A stretch of DNA of 46,314 bases from a virus (Duplodnaviria > Heunggongvirae > Uroviricota > Caudoviricetes), in IMG/VR virus record IMGVR_UViG_2909303794_000006; one strand, written 5' to 3'. Position numbers and translations under genes: made by a program. Shown here piece after piece: positions 10,157 through 19,391 of this stretch. The number at the start of each line of letters is the position of its first letter. Position 1 is the stretch's first letter. The notes under the pieces were generated by a model, which saw nothing but the letters and a program-made list of their open reading frames with translations, did not search any database and was not told the origin of the DNA.

Positions 10157-10855
10157 TTACTGCGAAAGTTTGTTAATGGAAAGGAAGCCGCCAAAGTTGC
10201 CGACGTTATTGCGAAACTTACAGCCACTCAGGCATTTGCTGCATTTATCTTTCGTGATATCGGACGTCGGCTGGTCATATTCATCCGCGACAGCCGGACC
10301 GCTATAACCGCACTCATCACCGCGATAGGTCCAGGTGCAGGTGTTGGCCAGCATGATGCGCCCCGGAAAAACAGCGCCGTCCGTTTCCGTCGGTGTGGAC
10401 AACACAAAGGAGGCACTGACCGCACTCAGTTCGCTGCACTGCTCGATGCGCCAGCGGCTGATCACCTCCTGCTCCGGATCGGCGTCGCTGTTTCCGTTGA
10501 CGAAGTTCACCGCATCCAGAAAACGGGCGTAAACCTTACGCCTGACCACCGTTCCGCCGACCAGACTCTGCAGGTCTTCCGCCATCCCCGTGACCATGCC
10601 GTGCAGGTTAGAAACCGTCAGTGTCGGACGGGCAGCACTGCCCTTGCCGTTCAGTTCAAATCCCGTCCCCTGAATGGGGTATGCCTGATACTGCCGCCCC
10701 TGCCAGGTAACCGGCTCACCTTTTTCGTTCTGCTCATTACAGAAAAAATAACGTTCACCACCGACCTCTGTCAGATCGATTTCCCAGAGCACCACCTGGG
10801 CTGACTGAGTGAGGCGTGTCGTCTCATGATGTGTTTCCTGTGGAATATCCTGCAT
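10157..10855 (-). CDS. L: tail tip protein L
   Basis: lambda L-like 232-aa ORF with C-terminal Cys cluster. Confidence 0.9.
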   Translation of the reverse strand: MQDIPQETHHETTRLTQSAQVVLWEIDLTEVGGERYFFCNEQNEKGEPVTWQGRQYQAYPIQGTGFELNGKGSAARPTLTVSNLHGMVTGMAEDLQSLVGGTVVRRKVYARFLDAVNFVNGNSDADPEQEVISRWRIEQCSELSAVSASFVLSTPTETDGAVFPGRIMLANTCTWTYRGDECGYSGPAVADEYDQPTSDITKDKCSKCLSGCKFRNNVGNFGGFLSINKLSQ

Positions 10856-10864
10856 CAGAGCCTC

Positions 10865-11194
10865 CTATGCCACGACCTGTTCAAAATCTGCCGTTATGGT
10901 TACCCACAGCGCCCCCACGCTTGCCGACCATTTACGACAAACCACCCTGATCGGCTTCCAGTCATAAGGTGGCGTCCACTGAAATGCGCGGACGCCACCG
11001 TGCCGTTCCAGAAAGGCTTTTAAAGATGGGTGTTCACATTTACGAACACGTATCGTCACGCTGTAAGTCGACAACTGGTTATTCAGTCCCGCCGCACGAC
11101 GCTGTTCATAACCATCGCCCAGCTTCACTGTCACCACTTTCGGCTCTGATACCACATTCATATCCGGGCGCACTTTCCAGTGAAACGTCTCCAT
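10865..11194 (-). CDS. M: tail tip protein M
   Basis: lambda M-like 109-aa ORF. Confidence 0.9.
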   Translation of the reverse strand: METFHWKVRPDMNVVSEPKVVTVKLGDGYEQRRAAGLNNQLSTYSVTIRVRKCEHPSLKAFLERHGGVRAFQWTPPYDWKPIRVVCRKWSASVGALWVTITADFEQVVA

Positions 11195-14100
11195 TACCGA
11201 TATGCTCCACTTAACCGACCACCATCACGGGCCTGCTGTTGCATAAAGTCCGCTGCCGCTTTTTTCCCGAGGTCATAAACCGCCTTCAGGGCAGCCGGAC
11301 CTATCTGCCCGTTCGTGCCATCGTTATTGATCTCGATGTTGTACTGCGGGGAAAACCTCGCCATACCTGAACCCCCAATATCCGCCACAACCCCCAGCTT
11401 ACCGTCAGCACCACGACGCAGTGGCAGAATGGCTTCAGGTCCAGCTTCCCCCATCACACCCGCGCCTTTTGCAAAAGCAAAAAACGTCGGACGGTTAACC
11501 ACCGTGCCACTGTAGCGACTCAAATCAGCCGACTGATAAACACCGCCATCAGCATTAGCCGTGATGCCGAATAAAGAACCGACGCCCTTTACCGCCTGCA
11601 TCATAGCCATCTGTGCCATAATTTTTGCCATATCAGACAACAGAGAAGAGGTGAAGGATTTGAAATTGAGTTTGCCAGTGGTACAGAATGTCGCCAGCCC
11701 GTCGCTCGCACTGCTGAATGCCGATGTAAACATTTGTTCAGCAGTTCCTGCCGCATTATCCGCATCTGCCGTAAAATTCTGAAACGCCCGCATGGCACCG
11801 TTTTTCCAGTTACCCTGCACAACTTCAAGCTGTTGCCAGTAACGGCGATTCTCATTCAGTTGTCGGTTCAGGCTCTCCGTCAGCGCCTGCTCGGCCTTTC
11901 TGTAGTCATCCGTGTTATATGTCCCTTTCTGCTCACTATCCCGCCTCAACTGCTCCAGCTGTTGCTGGTATTTCTGGCGAAGACTCAGTTGTACCTGATA
12001 TCGCTGTCGCTGCTGATCACCCATACCCACCGTGGCGATATCCAGGTCATGTTGCTGACGCTGAGCGCGCTCTTCTTCAGCCAGTTGACTGGTCAGCTGA
12101 ATTGTTTTTTTCTTCAGATCGTTGAGTGCCGTCTGTTTCTGAAGCTCCTGCTGTTTTACATCCAGTAGCGTCAGTGCCTGAATCAGTTCATCTTTACGGG
12201 CCAGCACACACTTTTCATCTGCCGTCAGTTTTTTCCCGTCCAGGTCGCTGATGCGCTGCTGCAGAGCCAGAAGCTGTTTATGCGCTTCTGTCATCCTTTC
12301 CGTGGCAATGCCTGCTGACTGTCTGGCAGCAGCAATCTGTCCTTCCACCTGTGCCTGTTGCTGACTGTACTGCAGCAATAACCGGGTGGCCTCATCATTA
12401 CGGGTTTCGCGTGTTTTTTTCTTACCGGATGCCTGGGCTTTCTCGTAACGTTCATTTTCACGTTGTATCGCCGCATCCCTGACAGCCTGATCGGCGTACT
12501 GCATGGCATTAATACGCGCAATTTCACGCTGATGTCGTGCTGCTTCCGTTTCATTCATCCGGTTCAGTGCAGCATTTTCAGCATTACGGCGTTTCTGTTG
12601 CTCCTGATAATTCCGCTCTGCCTGCTCTTTTGCATCCTGCAAATCCTTCTGGCGTTTTTTCTCCTGAAGATCGTTAAGACGCTGCTGATCGTATTCAACC
12701 TGAGAAGATGATGCCGTCCAGGGGAGTCTTTTCGCCCGCGACACTTTCTCCTGCAAAGTGGCAATCTGCGCATCCAGCGAATCTTCACGACCAATATTCA
12801 TGGCCGCATCCCAGAACTGCTTCCACCAGTCAGACAAGGTTTGCAGCGTACTACCCAGCGCATTGAGGTTATTATCAATATCCGCAGTACGCCGACCGGT
12901 TTCCTCCGCCAGTGCAGACATGGCTATCCGTGCAGCATCACTGGACCGCCCCTGCTCCCCAAGGACGCGTATCTGCTCAAGCTGAGTGGCAGTAAGAAAA
13001 TGCAGCTCATTGTCCAGAGCCTTCGCGGCATTTACAGGATCATCCTTCAGCCGCTTAAACTGATTTATGGTATCGCTGACCGACTGGCCAACCGATCGCT
13101 CCATCTGTGCGGCAGCTCTCGCCACCATACCGATATCGTTTCCACGAAATGCACCACTCCCCACCACCTGAGCCAGCGCACCGGCTGCAGCATGTTGCGT
13201 GATACCATTCCCGGAAATAGCACGACTGAGCGTCCACAGCTGCCCGGCAGTGACTCCGGCATAATGCCCCGTCAGCGACAGCTGGCGGTTAAATTCTTCC
13301 CCCTCCTTCTGACCGTCATACCAGGCTTTACCCAGACCATAGACGGCCGCGGCAATACCGCCAATAACCCCGCCGGGCATCATGCCTTTCGGTGACATCA
13401 GTGTGTCTATCCATCCGGCACGGTTAGCCAGCGTTATCCCGGATCCCCTCAGCGCCCCTAAATTGCCGCGGGCCAGTTCACCTATCAGAACGCCTATCTC
13501 CTGGCGGGCTGCTGCACTTTTCAGACCCAGCGAATGCGTGGCTTTTCCTGCCTGCTCCATTTTGCGGATATACACTTCTGCAGCACTGCTTACCCCCAGC
13601 TGGGCTGCCTTAGCACGAAGCAACTCAGAAGATGAAAGATTCTGGCGGGTTGCCTGCTCTTTGAGCTGACGGATAAACGCCACTTTCTGTCGGGTAGCCT
13701 CTTCCTCAGCCTGTGTAAGAACACGGGTTTTCGCAGCAACCTCAGAAATCAGCGCCAGATAATCCTGCTGACCAATCCCGCCACTGTTTCTGGCCTGTCG
13801 GATCTGCTGCTGAATACGCTGTAATTCCTGCAGCCCCGCACTGGCCTGTTTCACACTGTCAATCTGACGATAAAACGCAGCAGCCGCTTTATCCTGAGCC
13901 TCCGCCAGAGCCATGGCCAGCGCCTGTTCCTCGCGCATTTTCTGGCTCAGTGCCTCCATGCGCTGGCGGGTTTTCTCCACCTCGCGGGCCATGCGTTCAT
14001 GAGCCTGTGCGTTTTTCTCCACCGTCTGCGCATGGACGGATGCGGCTGTTGCAGCCGAAGAAGCCGCCTGCGTTGTCTGCCGGGCGGCCTGAGTCTGACG

Positions 14101-14244
14101 CTCCATAAAACGCTGCATACGGGCAGAAGACCGTTCTGCATCGCTGGCTGCACCATTCAGAAGGTTTTTGATACGGGGAATTTCATTTTTAAACTCTGCC
14201 GCATCAATCCCCAAATCAATGACCAGGTTGGCTATCTGGTCCAT
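11194..14244 (-). CDS. H: tail tape measure protein H
   Basis: coiled-coil-rich 1016-aa ORF; C-terminus NNDGTNGQIGPAALKAVYD matches lambda H; start at Met11 with GGAGGTG upstream. Confidence 0.9.
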   Translation of the reverse strand: MDQIANLVIDLGIDAAEFKNEIPRIKNLLNGAASDAERSSARMQRFMERQTQAARQTTQAASSAATAASVHAQTVEKNAQAHERMAREVEKTRQRMEALSQKMREEQALAMALAEAQDKAAAAFYRQIDSVKQASAGLQELQRIQQQIRQARNSGGIGQQDYLALISEVAAKTRVLTQAEEEATRQKVAFIRQLKEQATRQNLSSSELLRAKAAQLGVSSAAEVYIRKMEQAGKATHSLGLKSAAARQEIGVLIGELARGNLGALRGSGITLANRAGWIDTLMSPKGMMPGGVIGGIAAAVYGLGKAWYDGQKEGEEFNRQLSLTGHYAGVTAGQLWTLSRAISGNGITQHAAAGALAQVVGSGAFRGNDIGMVARAAAQMERSVGQSVSDTINQFKRLKDDPVNAAKALDNELHFLTATQLEQIRVLGEQGRSSDAARIAMSALAEETGRRTADIDNNLNALGSTLQTLSDWWKQFWDAAMNIGREDSLDAQIATLQEKVSRAKRLPWTASSSQVEYDQQRLNDLQEKKRQKDLQDAKEQAERNYQEQQKRRNAENAALNRMNETEAARHQREIARINAMQYADQAVRDAAIQRENERYEKAQASGKKKTRETRNDEATRLLLQYSQQQAQVEGQIAAARQSAGIATERMTEAHKQLLALQQRISDLDGKKLTADEKCVLARKDELIQALTLLDVKQQELQKQTALNDLKKKTIQLTSQLAEEERAQRQQHDLDIATVGMGDQQRQRYQVQLSLRQKYQQQLEQLRRDSEQKGTYNTDDYRKAEQALTESLNRQLNENRRYWQQLEVVQGNWKNGAMRAFQNFTADADNAAGTAEQMFTSAFSSASDGLATFCTTGKLNFKSFTSSLLSDMAKIMAQMAMMQAVKGVGSLFGITANADGGVYQSADLSRYSGTVVNRPTFFAFAKGAGVMGEAGPEAILPLRRGADGKLGVVADIGGSGMARFSPQYNIEINNDGTNGQIGPAALKAVYDLGKKAAADFMQQQARDGGRLSGAYR

Positions 14245-14566
14245 AACGCACACCTCCGGAAATACCTTCCCCAAGATGCATCAGTTCTTCGTCCGTTCGC
14301 TCCGGTATCCCGTTCTCTTCCGGTAAAAGGCTGAAATCAGCCACCGCAGCATCACTGCTGCCGGACACCATTCTCACGATCAATGCCTTCAGCGAGGCAA
14401 ACTGCGCATCCATCCACACATCACTGAAGCTCTGCATCCGGAAATAATCGCCCCACTCACCAAGCTCAGTAGCCGACATTTCCGACAGCATCCGCCGCCA
14501 GTCTGCTCGCCTGAACTCCCGGGCAAGCCGCATGACAAACTGCATTTCCCGCGTCAGGACTTTTCC
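14216..14566 (-). CDS. T: T-frame portion of tail assembly chaperone GT (reached by -1 frameshift from G)
   Basis: ORF in -1 frame relative to G, overlapping G 3-prime end; GGAAAAG slippery-like heptamer about 14560..14566. Confidence 0.7.
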   Translation of the reverse strand, partial: GKVLTREMQFVMRLAREFRRADWRRMLSEMSATELGEWGDYFRMQSFSDVWMDAQFASLKALIVRMVSGSSDAAVADFSLLPEENGIPERTDEELMHLGEGISGGVRYGPDSQPGH

Positions 14567-14943
14567 GGCGTCAGCACCTCATGCTCCAAATCCCCGGCAT
14601 TCTCAATGGCTCCCATACCGCTCAGCGACAGAACCATCTCCGCCCCCGCTCCCAGGGCATCATACGACCATGTTGTAATAACGGATGCGCAAAGCGTCTC
14701 AACATCCTGAGACTGTTCCGCATTCCACAGTGAGCGGGAAACCAGCCAGGCATTGATATCCATCCCCATCCGCAGAAAAGCAATCTGTCGTTCAGCCTCC
14801 GGCAGTTCTCCCTCTTCGGCATCAAACTTTGCCGTTCGCTGCTGAACAAACGCCAGATATTCAATTCTCTGCAGCCCGGACAGCTCACTGAGCACCACGG
14901 ACTGCTTTTCATAATTAAACGTGCCCTGTTTCAGAAACATCAT
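14554..14943 (-). CDS. G: tail assembly chaperone G
   Basis: lambda G-like (…TLSELSGLQRIE…); GGTGGAG before the tandem ATG ATG. Confidence 0.85.
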   Translation of the reverse strand: MMFLKQGTFNYEKQSVVLSELSGLQRIEYLAFVQQRTAKFDAEEGELPEAERQIAFLRMGMDINAWLVSRSLWNAEQSQDVETLCASVITTWSYDALGAGAEMVLSLSGMGAIENAGDLEHEVLTPEKS

Positions 14944-14954
14944 GTTCTCCACCT

Positions 14955-14980
14955 GCAAAAAAGCCCCGGATAACCGGGGC
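14955..14980 (-). terminator. hairpin/terminator between V and G
   Basis: gccccgg-ataa-ccggggc stem followed on minus strand by T6. Confidence 0.6.
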
Positions 14981-15000
14981 AAATGATGAGTATCGTCCTG

Positions 15001-15744
15001 TTAACCTGCGGCGCTGACAGCCACCGCAGCCACTGCCACAAAATCGCCGTCAGAAGTCATGCCCACAATGCTGACACTGCCCTGCTTCACGCCTTTCACC
15101 ATGGCCACAAGCCCGTTCAGGGTCACCGTGGCAGTCTGTGGATCTGTCGAATGCACACTGATCGCTTTGTCACTGGCTCCGTCAGGTTTTACTGTAAAGG
15201 TCAGCGTGGTGGTTGCTCCCACTTTTACACTGGCAGATGCCGGTGCCACCGTCAGCCCGGTAACGCTCACTGTTTCAGTGCCTTCCTCTGCCAGATACGG
15301 ACGCCCCACACCGCTGATTTTCACTGTGCGGGTCATCACGTCTTTTGAGGCAATGGTTTTACCCAGTGAGCTCAGCCAGCCACGGAAAACATCAACAGTG
15401 CCGTTGGGATATTTGATACGAAACGCGCAGACTTCACCGGAGTCGAACAACTGAACCAGTTTTTTCTGCCCGCTGTCACCCGGACGCCAGGCCAGCGTCG
15501 CCGAAGTATCACCGACGGATTTCTGCCCCTGGGTTGTCGTTTTCCAGTCTGCATCTTCATCATCGAGATAAGTGTCATCTTCTGCATCAGCGGTCATTTC
15601 GCCAGGTTGCAGATCCTTCACCATCGCAAGACGCAGCCAGTCAGTGTCCGATAAAGGGTTCGCAAACGCATCGCCCTTGCCGGTGTACATCCAGAACGTC
15701 GTTCCCGCACCTTTCGTTTTTGCCAGTGGATTTGGTGTGGTCAT
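15001..15744 (-). CDS. V: major tail tube protein V
   Basis: lambda V-like incl. C-terminal Ig-like region; start at Met26 with AAGGAGGTG. Confidence 0.9.
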   Translation of the reverse strand: MTTPNPLAKTKGAGTTFWMYTGKGDAFANPLSDTDWLRLAMVKDLQPGEMTADAEDDTYLDDEDADWKTTTQGQKSVGDTSATLAWRPGDSGQKKLVQLFDSGEVCAFRIKYPNGTVDVFRGWLSSLGKTIASKDVMTRTVKISGVGRPYLAEEGTETVSVTGLTVAPASASVKVGATTTLTFTVKPDGASDKAISVHSTDPQTATVTLNGLVAMVKGVKQGSVSIVGMTSDGDFVAVAAVAVSAAG

Positions 15745-15754
15745 TGCCACCTCC

Positions 15755-16156
15755 TTAATTCGTGTACGTGATCTGGTACGTGATTTCCGCCATCGCCCAG
15801 GTGGCCATCTCATTATCACGTTGATAGTTAAAACCGAGTGGGATCAGGGTGTCGATGAGTCCGGAAAGTGCCGGTACATCATTCAGGGCCGGGAAAATGG
15901 TGCTCTCCATCCACATATCCAGCTCTGAATCCGGTGCCTGTGCCCGGATGAAGACAGCAATATGCAGAACAGCCTGCCAGTCATCTTCATCCGTCATTTT
16001 TCCGGTGTACTGAGCATCACTCAGCCACACCGCCACGGCAGGCAGTTCCTGCGCATCAATAAATGCCGGAAGCCCGTCAAAAAACGTGGCGCTGTCTCCA
16101 CACTGTTCCCGAAGGCGTGCCAGTACGACCTGGCGGATTTGTGTATGTCGGTTCAT
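15755..16156 (-). CDS. U: tail tube terminator protein U
   Basis: lambda U-like; ATGA start/stop overlap with Z. Confidence 0.85.
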   Translation of the reverse strand: MNRHTQIRQVVLARLREQCGDSATFFDGLPAFIDAQELPAVAVWLSDAQYTGKMTDEDDWQAVLHIAVFIRAQAPDSELDMWMESTIFPALNDVPALSGLIDTLIPLGFNYQRDNEMATWAMAEITYQITYTN

Positions 16157-16731
16157 CGGGTCAGCCATAATCTCAGTTGTTGTTTCAGTGCATACCCCAG
16201 CTGTTTCGGCATTTCCGCAGCAATGATGCGGTCGCGGGCATCTTCAAATGCCTGTGTCAGCGGTCCGGACAGCGGGACTTTCACCACATCAATGGGGTAA
16301 CGATTTTTGCCATCAATACGCCGCATCACATGCCAGCGACCATTCGCCAGTTGCTGAATAAACGCATCCCGGAAAAGATATTTCCCCACCTTCAGCACAC
16401 TGCCACGGTACCGCAGTTTTCCGCCACGACGGGCCAGTCTGACCCGGGCTGCCCCCAGCTTAATGGCGGGCAGGTTGCCCCGGTTAATGCGAATGCGGGC
16501 ATACATTTTTCCTGACGGACTGGCTTTCAGTACCCGGACACGTTCTTTCACCAGCCGGAAAGGGATCCCCTTCACCCGGTTATCCCCTGCCACGGTATTC
16601 TGTGCGACCTTATGTGTGGCAACCGAAACGGCTTTCTGTGCCACACGGTTTATCGCCCATGCACTGGCCTGCGGTACCATCCGGGTATCAAGGCTGTTCA
16701 GATTACGGATGGCATTCTCAATCCCCTTCAT
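16153..16731 (-). CDS. Z: tail completion protein Z
   Basis: lambda Z-like 192-aa ORF. Confidence 0.9.
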   Translation of the reverse strand: MKGIENAIRNLNSLDTRMVPQASAWAINRVAQKAVSVATHKVAQNTVAGDNRVKGIPFRLVKERVRVLKASPSGKMYARIRINRGNLPAIKLGAARVRLARRGGKLRYRGSVLKVGKYLFRDAFIQQLANGRWHVMRRIDGKNRYPIDVVKVPLSGPLTQAFEDARDRIIAAEMPKQLGYALKQQLRLWLTR

Positions 16732-16742
16732 CCCATACCTCT

Positions 16743-17018
16743 TTACTCAATAAAGATCATTGGCTTACCGTTAAAGCGTTCATGCCGTGTGACCGTCCAT
16801 TGTTGTCCGTCATAAACAACGCGATCCCCGCGCCGTGGGCGGTATCCCGAAGAAAACACCACCAGAGAGACCGCAGGTCCGGACAGAGCATTCAGCTCTG
16901 CCAGTGTTTCTCCCGGGATCACAGTCATATCGGCATCATTAATCGAGGCTGTCTTTCCCATCTTTCTGACCGTGATCGTATCCATACGCGCTGCCAGCCG
17001 GGAAAAGGGATCAGACAT
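16743..17018 (-). CDS. head-tail connector / head completion protein in the FII position (Gifsy-2-like family)
   Basis: 91-aa ORF between head genes and Z; not lambda FII by sequence. Confidence 0.55.
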   Translation of the reverse strand: MSDPFSRLAARMDTITVRKMGKTASINDADMTVIPGETLAELNALSGPAVSLVVFSSGYRPRRGDRVVYDGQQWTVTRHERFNGKPMIFIE

Positions 17019-17334
17019 TGAGTTTTACCGGCACTTCTTCTGCACTGGTTCCGGCATCTGCCCAGACAACCCCGACCAGCGGATCAGAGCCGCTGTTAGT
17101 CAGCTGAACTTTTCCTGACTTCAGATAAACCTTCTTACCCGTTTTCATGTCATCCGTTTTCAGCTTAGGCAGCATAAACACACCTTCGGTCATGCCGTCG
17201 CCTGTTTCACCCTGTGGAATATCGGTCAGCGCCACCGCAAAAACATCACCCACCTGCACCAGATCTCCGCTGCTGATGGCTGCACTGGCAACAATCGCCA
17301 CCGTTTTTCCTTCTTCTACAAAATTCTTTGCCAT
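17011..17334 (-). CDS. small head-associated protein (possible decoration/cement protein)
   Basis: 107-aa ORF directly downstream of the capsid gene; GGAGA Shine-Dalgarno. Confidence 0.5.
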   Translation of the reverse strand: MAKNFVEEGKTVAIVASAAISSGDLVQVGDVFAVALTDIPQGETGDGMTEGVFMLPKLKTDDMKTGKKVYLKSGKVQLTNSGSDPLVGVVWADAGTSAEEVPVKLNV

Positions 17335-17377
17335 AACTGTCTCCGCACAGCCCCGTTCAGGGCTGATTTCAGGTACA

Positions 17378-17400
17378 AAAAAAGCCCTTACGGGCCATCA
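17378..17400 (-). terminator. possible terminator/stabilising hairpin after the capsid gene
   Basis: gccc-ttac-gggc followed on minus strand by T7. Confidence 0.4.
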
Positions 17401-17419
17401 GAGTTGTTGTCTGCGACGT

Positions 17420-19378
17420 TTACGCCGTACATTTCACCAGACCGCGGTGATCAACTGGCGCGACACCGGCGTCAATACGCACTTTCGTTGTCACGCCATC
17501 CACACTGAAGCCCTCCATCTGATCAATATATGGCGTATCCACACCGTTGAGATAAGCCACTTCAATCGTATCGGAGCCTTTTGACGCAGCCAGGTAGAAG
17601 GTGGTCTGGCTGTTATCATCAAGACGAGGCTCTGCAATAACGGTCGCAAAATCTTTCACCGGGTTAATAATACCGGCGTTAATGTCAGCCCCCTTGACAC
17701 TTGAGGAGCGAATGACCTGGTTAGCAACAGACTCCATCGCCGTCGGTACCAGTACGAACGCAGGACGAATATTCAGATGACGCTCCCCCTCTTTCTGAAC
17801 GCGCATCAACTGGCGGGCTTTATCCAGCGATGCCACGTCCATTGCAGCGCTCTCCAGTACGTTTGCATGTTTCGCTTTATCGAACAGACTTACATTATCT
17901 GTGGAGATTTTCGGGTTAGACGTCAGAATGGCATAAACCAGATCGGCAATAGTGGATTTCGCCGCACGGCCCAGTTTCATCGGGACATCGGTCAGCATAT
18001 TCAGATCATCATTGATAATGGCCTGACGGGTGATACTGAACAGCTCGCCATAGGTCGCCAGTGCAATAGTGGCCTGTTTATCTCCGGTGGTGACGTATTT
18101 ATATTCCGCCCCTTCACGCACCTGACGCAGAGCACTGAAGCCCCCCATACCCACACGATGGGCAATTTTAAAATCAGACAACTGACCTTTCCGCGTCCAC
18201 TGTTCATAGGTTTCAGGGGCATCTTCCCAGCCCTGCAGAATGGCTTTGTTCGCAACATCCAGCAGAATATTACCGAAGTCAGACGTACTGTGTGTGAACG
18301 CCGCACCGACCATCTGCATCGGGTTATAACCGGAAACCCCAATACCCCGTTCAGTCAGTGACATACGGGCATATTCACGCAGGGTCATCCCGTTGTAGAC
18401 ATTATCACGTTCGGTTTTTTCAAATCCGGCACGCGCCATCAGCGCCTGGCGGATCCCGTCCCCCACAAAATTACCGTTACCGGCATAAATATGAGCCGGG
18501 GTATTTTTATTGGATGGCGTGGACTCGCGCCCCATCTCGTTCAACAGCTTTTCGCGGGCCTGCTCCAGCGAACATTCAGGATCGGCAAGACACTGAGCCT
18601 GCAGCATCTGATAACGCCCGCCAAACATGGCAAACAGATCATTAATACCATTTACACGCGCTTTTTGCTCTGCCAGTACCTGCGCACGGATACTGTTTTC
18701 ATCCACCACGGGTGCTGCTGCCTGCACTGGCGTCCGGGAAGCTGCAGGTTCATTATCCTGTACGCGTGGAGCACTGTTGCGTGGCGGAGTAATCATGTTT
18801 CGAATGGATTCCGGCATCTTTTTAAATTCCTCTGTACGTTTTGACTGAATACATGCCATTGCCTTAACGGCTGGCGTCACCTGATCAGCAAATCCCTGTG
18901 CCAGACATTCGGCACCGGACATCCAGGTCTCATCCGCCAGCATGGCAGCAATTTCATCGGTGGTTTTCCCGGTTTTCTGTGCATAAGCGGGTAACAGAAC
19001 CGCCTCAACTTTATCGAGCAGGTCGGCATAGGTGCGCATGTCCTCCGCATCACCGCCCGTAAAGCCAAATGGTTTATGAATCATCATGAAGGTGTTTTCC
19101 GGCATAATGACCGGGTTTCCCACCATCGCAATGACCGACGCCATTGATGCCGCCACACCGTCGACATAAACGGTAATGGACGCACCATGTGTTTTCAGCG
19201 CATTAAAAATGGCGATGCCTTCAAAGACATCGCCACCCGGTGAATTGATATGGAGATTAATGTGGGTGATATCGCCCAGTGCATTCAGATCACTGATAAA
19301 CTGCTTCGCTGTAACACCCCAGAAACCAATCTCGTCATAAATATAAATATCCGCGTCACTCTGGTGACCAGCCTGCAT
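17420..19378 (-). CDS. fused prohead protease (ClpP/S49-like) - linker - HK97-fold major capsid protein
   Basis: N-terminal INSPGGDVFEGIAIFNALK protease motif, Pro/Ala-rich middle, C-terminal capsid-like domain; start at Met88 (MQAGHQSD...). Confidence 0.75.
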   Translation of the reverse strand: MQAGHQSDADIYIYDEIGFWGVTAKQFISDLNALGDITHINLHINSPGGDVFEGIAIFNALKTHGASITVYVDGVAASMASVIAMVGNPVIMPENTFMMIHKPFGFTGGDAEDMRTYADLLDKVEAVLLPAYAQKTGKTTDEIAAMLADETWMSGAECLAQGFADQVTPAVKAMACIQSKRTEEFKKMPESIRNMITPPRNSAPRVQDNEPAASRTPVQAAAPVVDENSIRAQVLAEQKARVNGINDLFAMFGGRYQMLQAQCLADPECSLEQAREKLLNEMGRESTPSNKNTPAHIYAGNGNFVGDGIRQALMARAGFEKTERDNVYNGMTLREYARMSLTERGIGVSGYNPMQMVGAAFTHSTSDFGNILLDVANKAILQGWEDAPETYEQWTRKGQLSDFKIAHRVGMGGFSALRQVREGAEYKYVTTGDKQATIALATYGELFSITRQAIINDDLNMLTDVPMKLGRAAKSTIADLVYAILTSNPKISTDNVSLFDKAKHANVLESAAMDVASLDKARQLMRVQKEGERHLNIRPAFVLVPTAMESVANQVIRSSSVKGADINAGIINPVKDFATVIAEPRLDDNSQTTFYLAASKGSDTIEVAYLNGVDTPYIDQMEGFSVDGVTTKVRIDAGVAPVDHRGLVKCTA

Positions 19379-19391
19379 CCTGAACCAGGAA

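Noticed and set aside
11734-13669. Several plus-strand ORFs (60-184 aa) inside the tape measure gene
   Set aside because: Antisense to H, low-complexity products, no translation signals.
15962-16515. Plus-strand ORFs overlapping U and Z
   Set aside because: Antisense to tail genes with lambda-like products; no translation signals.
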